The notes under the pieces were generated by a model. It did not search any database, was not told where the DNA came from, and was given only the letters and a program-made list of their open reading frames with translations. Both the position numbers and the translations under genes were made by a program. From positions 6,932 through 70,931 of the forward strand of contig DATCTN010000029.1 in NCBI GenBank assembly GCA_036567965.1: 64,000 nt of DNA, written 5' to 3'. Source of the stretch: Candidatus Kryptoniota bacterium. Its GTDB lineage: Bacteria; Bacteroidota; Ignavibacteria; Kryptoniales; JAKASW01. Below, in pieces: positions 38,292 to 46,669 of the stretch (position 1 is the first letter of the stretch; each line of letters opens with the position of its first letter).

Positions 38292-38741
38292 ATGGAGCCG
38301 CTTTACATCGACTTTTCGCGGAGAATGAAAGCGTCGAAGGTCAGAATGATCATCTATATGCTTGTCGGATTATGCGTCATCGCTGATGGGATTTACCAGA
38401 TAGCCGGCGACCGCGGACCGTTTCACGTCTCGATCGGGATCCTTCTTCTTATAGTCGGACCGTTATATCTCCTTCTCGTCTGGCTCTCGCCAAAGTGGAA
38501 ATGGTATGTCAAAGTCGACGGGAGCACGATAGAGTACAAGCTTCAGATTGGAAAGCTGCGTCGCTACGAGTGGGATGGAATCAAGAAAGTGAACGTGACT
38601 GACAGCGGGATCACGATTGAAGTCGGAGACGGAAAGAAAGAAATCATCGGACTCGGCACATTCGGGAAGAAGGATCGCGCGCCGATCAGAGAAGCGATTT
38701 CAGGATTCGCGAAGGAGAAGGGGGTGCTGGCGGAGGGATAA
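38292..38741 (+). CDS. two-TM protein with small soluble C-terminal domain, unknown function
   Basis: 149 aa. RBS AAGGAAG. Two helices followed by a beta-rich roughly 80-aa domain. Confidence 0.5.
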   Translation: MEPLYIDFSRRMKASKVRMIIYMLVGLCVIADGIYQIAGDRGPFHVSIGILLLIVGPLYLLLVWLSPKWKWYVKVDGSTIEYKLQIGKLRRYEWDGIKKVNVTDSGITIEVGDGKKEIIGLGTFGKKDRAPIREAISGFAKEKGVLAEG

Positions 38742-38809
38742 AGCTCCTCCCTGTACAGAATAATGACAGTTCCTCGCCAGACTAAATCTCCACGACTGAT
38801 TAAGAACAT

Positions 38810-39079
38810 CTATTGTCTCGGGAGTTCTTCCGCGCTGTACGTCCCGCAGATTCTCACTTCCAGCTCTTTGCCGTTGTTGTCTATGCTGAAGACAAAATCT
38901 ATCCCGTCTTTGTGACCGCCGCTCTTTGCCTTCCACTCGCCCAGAAGTGATGCCTGAGCGGAAAATAGTTTTACATCGTAGTACGGATACGGGTACTGGG
39001 CGCCAGACCTCTTCGGAAGAATGATCAACGCCGATAACATCAATGACGCGATGAGAATTATTCCCAATCCGATTTTCAT
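38810..39079 (-). CDS. small secreted or membrane-anchored protein, unknown function
   Basis: 89 aa. N-terminal hydrophobic segment MKIGLGIILIASLMLSALIIL. Confidence 0.4.
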   Translation of the reverse strand: MKIGLGIILIASLMLSALIILPKRSGAQYPYPYYDVKLFSAQASLLGEWKAKSGGHKDGIDFVFSIDNNGKELEVRICGTYSAEELPRQ

Positions 39080-39135
39080 TCCGCTCTTCTTCGTCTTGAC
39101 TCCTTGGTTCGTTGTGTTTTGGTTGACCTAAAACA

Positions 39136-39165
39136 CGAAACGCGGGAGAAATGTCCCGCGTTTCG
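39136..39165 (-). terminator. intrinsic terminator downstream of the 1123-aa cargo gene
   Basis: Perfect 12-bp stem CGAAACGCGGGA / TCCCGCGTTTCG with a 6-nt loop. On the minus strand it is followed by TGTTTTAGG. Confidence 0.6.
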
Positions 39166-39209
39166 CCTTCCAATTGCCGCCGCTCAACAGGCGGCTATAA
39201 TCTCACATA

Positions 39210-42200
39210 TTACTTCATGAACAGAAGCTTCTTAACCGCTGAGAAGCTGCTTCCGTCCGACTGAGCTTTCGCCTGTATGCGGCAGAAATAAATACCGCTG
39301 CTCAGGCCGGCCGGACTCCATGTGATGGTGTAACTGTTCGCTGTCTGCATGCCGTCCACAAGGTTCGCTACGACGCGTCCGAGGACATCATAGATCGTGA
39401 CTTTCACGTACGCGCTCTTCGGAATGTCGTACCGTATAATCGTCGACGGGTTGAACGGGTTCGGATAGTTTTGCAGGAGCGCGAACTCTTTCGGTACTCC
39501 GTTCGGCTCGTTGACCGCGTCTATTCCCGTTCCGGTAGTGTAGCTAGCTCTCGTCGAGTATGCGCTTGTGCCGCCGGTGTCGCTGGCGCTGACATGCCAA
39601 TAGTACTTCGTTGTCGACGCGAGAGGCGCGCCCAACTTCTTTGAAGTATCCGCAAGTGTCGTGTCGAATACGACTGTCGTGAAAGTGCTGTCTGACGCAA
39701 CCTGCAGATGATAGCTCACCGCGTTCACCGATTTGTGCCAGGTGAAGGTCGTCCTGCGCGGCTCGCCGCTCGTGCCGAGTGGTGTCGCCAAAACCGGTGC
39801 AGCCGGCGCCGCAACGATCGTAGTGACCGAATCGATCGTCGAGAAGTCGCCGAAAACGCTGACGTTGTACGCACACACGCGCCAGTAATACTTGGTGAGG
39901 TGTGTCAGCCCGACGACTTTCCTTGTCGTGTCAGTCACGCTGGAATCGGCCACGACATAAGTGCCGAACGTGCTGCTGGTCGAAAGCTGGAACAAATATT
40001 TTGTAGCCAGCGGTGTCTTGCTCCACTTGAAAAGCAGTGTGTCCGCACGCTGGTACTGCGCGCCGTTATCAGGAAGAACCGCCAGCGGCGAGATGTGGAT
40101 GTGCGTGATGTCTGTTGTGTCGCGCGGAATAAGTTCATATCCACCGTTCAGTGTCGAGCCAGACGAATATTGGCTGACAACACCCACGACACTCAGGGGG
40201 TACTTCGGCTCTTTCGTGCCTGGTATGTCGGTGCTCTTGCTTATGAAGAGCTGGATCGTGTCGATCGCGGCTGCGCTGGAAACGTATACGCTCCCGTTTA
40301 CGCCCGACGCCGGCCAGGAACCCGAGATTTTGTACAGTGTATCGAGAGCTATCAGCTGGCTCTCGTAAGTTTCCGCGTTCATCGCATAGGTGTGGAGACC
40401 AAGATGCAAGGGAGCCGGAACGACGGCATTATGTTTTACAAGACCGAAGTGCAGTGTGTCGAGGACGAGCGGGCTGAGTTCGGTCAGGCCGTGGTACTGC
40501 GCGACCACGCCGATCACGAACACCGAGTCTCCGATGCTGAATGTGGTCGACATTGTTCCGTACTGAAACACATCGATTCCCGCCGTTTGGTCCTGAATGC
40601 AGTACGAAGTGTTTCCCGAAACGGATTGTATGTTCGGAGTTGTGATCACGCCGTAAACTTTCAGCGTATCGCCGCTGACAGAATAATCCGGGATCAGGTC
40701 GTGGTTGTCGTCTTTTCTCGCCTGCGCGATCGTCACCCTCTTCGGGCCGGGAACGCCGAGAATGAAACTCCCGAACGATGTGACTCCGCTGACGGTCACT
40801 GTTTTGTTAACGACATCTCTCGCAGAAACTGGAAGATTGACCCACGTTGAGCCGTTGCCCTGGTAAACGTGGAGAAGCGAATCCTTTGTTACCCCGATCG
40901 CCGCAAGATCGGCGGCTGAGTAGCTCAGAGTGAGTCCAGCAGTAAATGAAGTAATGGTGGCAGCATTCCCGATCTTGAAGTATCTCTTCAAAAGCGTCAA
41001 TGAATCTGCCAGTGGTACAGGGGGAGTAACCGACCCATCAACTGTTCCAACGACCACTTCTCCGCTGCCTGTCAAACTGGAAAAATCAATTGTTACCGGC
41101 AGGTAGCTGGTCATTCCGGAACCGACGGGGAAAATCCACGCTCCGGTCACAGTGACGTTGTAAGCGAGATTGCCATCAATGTATGCACCGGCTCCATAAG
41201 TACCGCCGATTCCATTCGGTGCGATCAAAGTGTCTGTGCCGGTTATAATGCTGCCGGCTCCGCTGAGGTTGACTGTATTTATTGTCGTGGTTTTGCTGAG
41301 GGTGACGCCGGTCGATGTAAATATCCAGACCGTATTAACCGTGTCTGGCATAAGTGTACCGGTAACCTGCGGTCCGCCACCTAGAAAAGAGAAGTTCGCG
41401 CCAGTGCTGAGCGTATTGGTCCCGGTTGTTTGTATTGCACTGTTCACTCCGTTGGGACCAGTTAATCCCATCGCCCCGGTGGATGTAAGTAAGAAGTTTC
41501 CCGGTCCGATAACAGCATACGTGCCGGCGTTCAACATTCCGGTAACCGTTACTAAACCCGAGTCGATAATATTTTGACCAAGGACGGTGCTGGTGACACT
41601 GCCACTAAAGATCGCTTGATGGAATACCGTCGTTCCGGTGCCGGATATTACCTGTGTGGCAGGTCCGCCGTTCAAAATCACGGTGTCACCCGATGCCGCA
41701 TTCCAATAGCCGTTGTTGGTGATAGCCCCTGAGACCTTGAATTCGTTTGTACCAGTATATAAGGTATCGCCGGCGCTGATAGTCAGGTCGCCGTTTATCG
41801 TGCATGTACTCGCGCCGCTGCCGATGTATCCCCAGTGCGCACCCTGTCCGCCAAAAGTCACGCTGGGATATGTCCTGCCGCTGAGCGATACACCGAACGG
41901 GTCAAATCCGGTCGATGCAATATTGAAACTATACAAACTTCCGGTATCGAATACGACGACACTCGCCGGTGCGGTTTTCGCAAATGGGTTTGACGCTCCG
42001 GTATTCTGATTGAACGTTGATCCACTCTTGAATTCGACGCTGTTTGTCGTGCCTGTCGAGCTTGTACCGAACGGGTTTCCTGTCGATTGTGACGCGTTGA
42101 AGACCGCTCCGTTCACAAACACAAGCCTGTTCGTCGCGTCGCTGGAAAGAATCTGAGAGCGGCCGAGTATTGTCACGGTGCCGCTGTCGACTCCGCCGCC

Positions 42201-42581
42201 GGTGCCCACAGTCACTATTCCGTTTCCTGCCGTGCCGGTCGCATTCACTGTAAGTGTAACGCTCGGAGAAACATTGAAGCAGTTAGTGGATCCGCCTGTC
42301 GCTGTCAGGGTAACCGTGGCTGCGCCATTCACCACGTATAATGTCGTATTCCCTGTAACGACGATCCTGCCGACTGTTTGATTGGCAGAGATCGCAGGCT
42401 GGTGAGATTGTGTACCATCAAAGACGAGCACGTCGTTTGTCGCCGGAGCAGAACGGCTTGGGTTCCAGTTTGTGGCTGTCGCCCATGTAGAATCCGTCGA
42501 TCCGGTCCACGTGTAGGTCGTCTGGCTCTGCGCGCTTAACGCCGTCAGCGCGACAATGAGCGTGGTTAGAACAACTCGCAT
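39210..42581 (-). CDS. large secreted protein with OB-like insert, FN3-like repeats and T9SS C-terminal sorting domain
   Basis: 1123 aa with a signal peptide. Gly/Thr/Ser-rich beta region. The segment GVITTPN..YCIQDQTAGIDVF..GDSVFVIGVVAQYHGLTEL is homologous to one in the neighbouring nuclease. Two KYYW(R/H)V FN3-like modules. C-terminal LLQNYPNPFNPSTIIRYDIP...GIYFCRI. Confidence 0.85.
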   Translation of the reverse strand: MRVVLTTLIVALTALSAQSQTTYTWTGSTDSTWATATNWNPSRSAPATNDVLVFDGTQSHQPAISANQTVGRIVVTGNTTLYVVNGAATVTLTATGGSTNCFNVSPSVTLTVNATGTAGNGIVTVGTGGGVDSGTVTILGRSQILSSDATNRLVFVNGAVFNASQSTGNPFGTSSTGTTNSVEFKSGSTFNQNTGASNPFAKTAPASVVVFDTGSLYSFNIASTGFDPFGVSLSGRTYPSVTFGGQGAHWGYIGSGASTCTINGDLTISAGDTLYTGTNEFKVSGAITNNGYWNAASGDTVILNGGPATQVISGTGTTVFHQAIFSGSVTSTVLGQNIIDSGLVTVTGMLNAGTYAVIGPGNFLLTSTGAMGLTGPNGVNSAIQTTGTNTLSTGANFSFLGGGPQVTGTLMPDTVNTVWIFTSTGVTLSKTTTINTVNLSGAGSIITGTDTLIAPNGIGGTYGAGAYIDGNLAYNVTVTGAWIFPVGSGMTSYLPVTIDFSSLTGSGEVVVGTVDGSVTPPVPLADSLTLLKRYFKIGNAATITSFTAGLTLSYSAADLAAIGVTKDSLLHVYQGNGSTWVNLPVSARDVVNKTVTVSGVTSFGSFILGVPGPKRVTIAQARKDDNHDLIPDYSVSGDTLKVYGVITTPNIQSVSGNTSYCIQDQTAGIDVFQYGTMSTTFSIGDSVFVIGVVAQYHGLTELSPLVLDTLHFGLVKHNAVVPAPLHLGLHTYAMNAETYESQLIALDTLYKISGSWPASGVNGSVYVSSAAAIDTIQLFISKSTDIPGTKEPKYPLSVVGVVSQYSSGSTLNGGYELIPRDTTDITHIHISPLAVLPDNGAQYQRADTLLFKWSKTPLATKYLFQLSTSSTFGTYVVADSSVTDTTRKVVGLTHLTKYYWRVCAYNVSVFGDFSTIDSVTTIVAAPAAPVLATPLGTSGEPRRTTFTWHKSVNAVSYHLQVASDSTFTTVVFDTTLADTSKKLGAPLASTTKYYWHVSASDTGGTSAYSTRASYTTGTGIDAVNEPNGVPKEFALLQNYPNPFNPSTIIRYDIPKSAYVKVTIYDVLGRVVANLVDGMQTANSYTITWSPAGLSSGIYFCRIQAKAQSDGSSFSAVKKLLFMK

Positions 42582-42732
42582 TGTTGCCTCCTGGTTTTTG
42601 TTATCTCGTTTTAAGAAGAAGATTATGGGGTGTGGTTGCGCGGAGACGCAGCTATGCTGCGATGTGGTTTCTTTTCGTAAACTTGTTTTGGTTCAAATTG
42701 CAAACACACCCACCTTTTTGACGACTGGCTAC

Positions 42733-42761
42733 AATTTGGAACTCGCCGCGCGAAATGTCAA
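42733..42761 (-). promoter_or_regulatory. candidate promoter CTTGACATTT-N-CAAATT
   Basis: Minus strand TTGACA (42761..42756), a 17-nt spacer, then CAAATT (42738..42733), 180 nt upstream of the ATG. Same layout as at 48901..48929. Confidence 0.4.
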
Positions 42762-42928
42762 GTGACCTTGTTATGATGTTTGTGTTAAAAGGGACAACTC
42801 TGTGCGACAGGGCGGAGTCTGCTGCACGAAGTTCCCCCGGGGAAAGGAGAAACAGAAAGAATAAGATCTCTCGGTGAAACCACGTGATTCCTCTATCTCG
42901 CTCCGCGTAAGAAGCGACCGATTCCGCC

Positions 42929-45900
42929 CTATTTCAGCAGCACTAGCTTCTTTGTTTCGGTGAAATGCTGATTCCCATACGAAAGCGATCTTGCCGATAA
43001 TCTGTAAAAATAAACACCGCTCGCAAATCGCGACCCATCGAAGGTAATCAAATGTGTCCCGGCAACTTGAGATCCGTTCACTAGCGCAGCCACTTCCCTT
43101 CCAAGAATATCATAGACTTTCAACGTCACGAAGCTGACCGCCGACAACTGATAGCTGATCGCTGTACTCGGGTTGAACGGGTTCGGATAATTTTGGGAGA
43201 GCGCGTATTCCTTCGGCAATGTGTTCCCGTTCCCGGTAAGGCCGAGAATGATGTTGTCGGTACCTCCCGCTTCGATATACCTTGCTTTGAATTCCTGGAG
43301 ATAAAGGTTAGCGATCCGATTGCTGTGAATCATCAATGTGTTTTCATTATTCGACGTCTCTGCGGAGTTGGACCAGTTATGAGACCCGGTAATCACAATT
43401 TCGTCTGCCTTCGGGTTCTCGGCGTCCACAAGCGCGTACTTATGGTGAAGAAGTCCGCTCAGGCTACTTCCCTTGAGGTGCACATCGACATTTCCGGCGC
43501 CAAGCGCACTGAACTGGTTGCCGCTGTCGGTATTATTATCCATGACGACCCTTACCTTGTCCCCGGCCGCCTTCTTCGCAATAAGAAGCTGTGCGAGATC
43601 GCTTCGCGTGAATGTCAACATACAAACATTTATCGAGCTAGTCGCGAGCTCAAGCGTCTCGTAGATGTGGAGTGTCGTCTGGTCCGACGGACTGAAATAG
43701 AGATCGACAGGAATCCCACCGATATTGAAGTGATGAGGAGTGTTATCGGTTTTCCTGATCCCGAATCTCGACTGGGAGGCGTCTGGCGTATCGGTTGAGC
43801 TTCCCCACATCTCGTTGAATTCCATAGTGTAAGCATTCGCAAGCGACTTGTCCTGAATCTCCAGCGAGTTCTGCGCGTCGCTGTTGTTTCCCGGGTCGGT
43901 TGCGTTCCATGATCCTGTCCACACCCAATCGTCCGTGAACGAGCTCGTATCGCGAAGATCGAACACGGCAAATTTATTGTGCATCAATCCGTTTCCAGCA
44001 TTGATGGGATCGAACGTGTCGGTAATGAATGGTATCCCGCTCGACTTCATCGTGTTCATGGGTGACGTATTCGAATTGTCGTTTTCGACTATCATCCTGA
44101 CTTTCACGCCGCGGTTCTTCGCGTTGATGAGCGCACTCGCGACGTTGTTCCCGACAGTCCCGCTCAGACTGTAAAGCGCCACATCTATAGAGTATTGCGC
44201 AGCGTTTATTCTTGCGATGAACTTGGAGGAAATGTCGACGGTCTGTGCTTTCTCTCCGCTCGCGACGGTTGTGTCGACAGATTTCGAGAAGTAAACATTT
44301 ACTACGGCCGTTGAGCCGGCGGGCGAGCCGGTAGAGAATATCGCGTCACCCGTCTGATTGGTGCCTGTACCGTCCGTCGCGGCGGCCTGATAATGGTAAA
44401 CGGTCGCCGGCCAAAGACCGCCGAGGGTAATGGTATGTAGGGTGTCCGCCGTAGATACTACAACTGAATCTGAGTACGACGCCGTCTTGCCGAATCTAAC
44501 CACCCCACTCGATGGTAACGCGGTTTTGAAATAGATGTCTACTGAATTCGGCGCGATGTTCTTCTCGGACGGAACTTCGACAAAAGTCGGTCCGCCATGA
44601 GTGATAATGTCGTCTTGAGTCCGTGCCTCCACTTCATAATCGCCAGTATAAGGAGGTGTGAGTGTAGCAGCGGTCCCAGGTTTATACTGCTTGAGAATTC
44701 CTACAACATCGAATGTGCCGCCGGGCACGATGAGCCCTGTCGGAATAAATCCGCCAGTCGTTCCAACTAGGTCTGTAAATGTCTCATTTGTCGAGCTATA
44801 TGTAACTCCATTAACCCTGACAAGTCTCCCCTCGTTCGGTTCAGAATAATCGTCAGTGAAAGTCTGGTTGACATCCGCCGATGTCAGCAGGAGAGGATCG
44901 GGGAGAGGGTTTCCGTGCGAATAGAAAACCGTCTTGACGGAATCGGGAAGGATTTCAACCGTACCACGATATTGCTGGATCGTCCCGGTAATCCGGATGC
45001 TGTCGCCGACCTGATAATTGTACGAACGATTGTAGCTGAAGATATTTACACCTGCGGTGGCGTCCTGAACATAAACGTCGGTCCTCGTGGCATTGAAATC
45101 AGCCGTGATGACTCCGGCAATGGTGACGACGGCTCCCACCTGGTATGGTGCAACCGGTACTCCCTGCGAATCATTTATGTGAAGATCGATAATCCTGATA
45201 AGTTTTGTTACGGACACCTGGAGCTGCGCTGCGATCGGCGCGGGTGCCACGGTATCCACCGAAGTCTCGACTATGAAGTTGGCCGTCACCGCCGAATCTG
45301 GGGCGGTAACCGACTGAATTGTAATTTGCGCGCTGTCCGTTTTCGTAATCGCGGCACCCGAAATCGATATAGTATCTGCCGACACTGCAACTGTTGCGTC
45401 CGACATTCCCGTTCCGCCGAGGAGCACGCTTGTGGAGCTCATCGACCATGTCAAGACAGAAGGTACGATAACTACGACGTTGCCCGTCGTGTCGGTCGCG
45501 TCTCCAAGCACCTCGATAGAGAAGTTCGCCGAATGGCCCGCGTCGATAACGGTTGGGGAGATCCTGGCTGTTCCTATTCCGCTCCCGTTCGGAGAGAGGA
45601 ATGGTTCCACCGGACTCGCCGAGTTCTGGGGCTGGGGAGATGCCCTCTGGACAAAATCACTTGCATTGTTGTCGGAGTCGTATCCGTTCCCGGCAAGCTC
45701 ATCCGCACCACCCGGTGCCATGCTGGTGGTTGTGGAACCCGATGATGCTTTTCTTTCTATGGATGCCGTGTTGGACGGCGCAGGAGCCGGACCCGTTCCT
45801 TCGTAACCCGTTGCGGTGCTGCCGTATCCGACCAAATCTACCAGAGCGCCGCCTGTGGGATTTGAGCCGCTCAACGCGGACGTGCTGCTTGCAAGCGCGA

Positions 45901-46273
45901 CTTTGCCCGCCGTCGAAGACATCGCGAGTGTACCGGTCGCATCGGGTGTCGGGAGACTAATTGTCCCGCCGCTTCCCTGCGCTTCCTGGACGAGATAGAA
46001 GCCGTGAGGTGCAATGGATCCCGACAGGTTCGTGACCTGCCAGCTGCTTCCCGCGGCAGATGAGTACTGCACGGACCAGCCGGCGAGACTTACGGGAGAA
46101 GTCGTGGGATTATACAGCTCTATAAAGTCATTCTTCAATGTCGCGCCCGAGTTTCCGCCACCACCATACACTTCACTTATCACAACATGGTTGGCGCTCT
46201 GAGCGAGGAGCGGTGTCGACTGGAAATATGAAAACAGCAGCACGAAGAAAACGGAAAACTTCCTGGATCTCAT
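42929..46273 (-). CDS. secreted lamin-tail-domain / OB-like / double-HKD (phospholipase D-family nuclease-like) protein with T9SS C-terminal domain
   Basis: Start set at the ATG at 46273, preceded by GGAGGAAGG. LTD signature VVISEVYGGGGNSGATLKNDFIELYNPT...LAGWSVQY. OB-like GVITADF..VYVQDATAGVNIF..GDSIRITGTIQQYRGTVEI. HKD1 HNKFAVFD (43958..43981) plus GSWN, and HKD2 HHKYALVD (43425..43448) plus GSHNWS. C-terminal SQNYPNPFNPSTAISY. Confidence 0.85.
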   Translation of the reverse strand: MRSRKFSVFFVLLFSYFQSTPLLAQSANHVVISEVYGGGGNSGATLKNDFIELYNPTTSPVSLAGWSVQYSSAAGSSWQVTNLSGSIAPHGFYLVQEAQGSGGTISLPTPDATGTLAMSSTAGKVALASSTSALSGSNPTGGALVDLVGYGSTATGYEGTGPAPAPSNTASIERKASSGSTTTSMAPGGADELAGNGYDSDNNASDFVQRASPQPQNSASPVEPFLSPNGSGIGTARISPTVIDAGHSANFSIEVLGDATDTTGNVVVIVPSVLTWSMSSTSVLLGGTGMSDATVAVSADTISISGAAITKTDSAQITIQSVTAPDSAVTANFIVETSVDTVAPAPIAAQLQVSVTKLIRIIDLHINDSQGVPVAPYQVGAVVTIAGVITADFNATRTDVYVQDATAGVNIFSYNRSYNYQVGDSIRITGTIQQYRGTVEILPDSVKTVFYSHGNPLPDPLLLTSADVNQTFTDDYSEPNEGRLVRVNGVTYSSTNETFTDLVGTTGGFIPTGLIVPGGTFDVVGILKQYKPGTAATLTPPYTGDYEVEARTQDDIITHGGPTFVEVPSEKNIAPNSVDIYFKTALPSSGVVRFGKTASYSDSVVVSTADTLHTITLGGLWPATVYHYQAAATDGTGTNQTGDAIFSTGSPAGSTAVVNVYFSKSVDTTVASGEKAQTVDISSKFIARINAAQYSIDVALYSLSGTVGNNVASALINAKNRGVKVRMIVENDNSNTSPMNTMKSSGIPFITDTFDPINAGNGLMHNKFAVFDLRDTSSFTDDWVWTGSWNATDPGNNSDAQNSLEIQDKSLANAYTMEFNEMWGSSTDTPDASQSRFGIRKTDNTPHHFNIGGIPVDLYFSPSDQTTLHIYETLELATSSINVCMLTFTRSDLAQLLIAKKAAGDKVRVVMDNNTDSGNQFSALGAGNVDVHLKGSSLSGLLHHKYALVDAENPKADEIVITGSHNWSNSAETSNNENTLMIHSNRIANLYLQEFKARYIEAGGTDNIILGLTGNGNTLPKEYALSQNYPNPFNPSTAISYQLSAVSFVTLKVYDILGREVAALVNGSQVAGTHLITFDGSRFASGVYFYRLSARSLSYGNQHFTETKKLVLLK

Positions 46274-46558
46274 TACACCTTCCTCCATTTCGAATGCGGC
46301 CGGCCTGCCGCGATCGTTATCTGCTGTCGGTGCCCACCGATCTTATCGTTCGTCCCCGCACAGCACACAAATTCGTTTCACGACTCGGGTGGTAATATAA
46401 TTGACAAGAGAGAGAATGAAAATGCAGATACATTTCAGATATCATCGCAGCGTAGTCGCGGGTGAGCGCTATAGGCGCCATCCGGCCATATAAATTGATT
46501 TCGGACCGGACTTCATGCCCGCGTATTCCAATGTTTCGCGACCGTAAAGAGCAACGAA

Positions 46559-46585
46559 GAGGGGCAGCCGTTCGAGCTGCCCCTC
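46559..46585 (-). terminator. hairpin downstream of the 694-aa cargo gene
   Basis: Perfect 10-bp stem GAGGGGCAGC / GCTGCCCCTC with a 7-nt loop. On the minus strand it is followed by the moderately T-rich TTCGTTGCTCTTT. Confidence 0.5.
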
Positions 46586-46669
46586 ATCACGATGTCGTTC
46601 TTGCCAGTACTCACGCCCTGACGTGCCGGACCGACCGAATGACGACTTACACGATTCTGATTACTAGGG

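Noticed and set aside
39708-40850. 380-aa plus-strand ORF inside the 1123-aa cargo gene
   Set aside because: It is antisense to a gene with a clear signal peptide, domain repeats and a T9SS tail. Its translation is Arg/Cys-rich and low-complexity, as is typical of the opposite strand of a GC-rich gene.
44915-45745. 276-aa plus-strand ORF inside the LTD/PLD gene
   Set aside because: It is antisense to a gene with multiple recognisable domains and has no motifs of its own.
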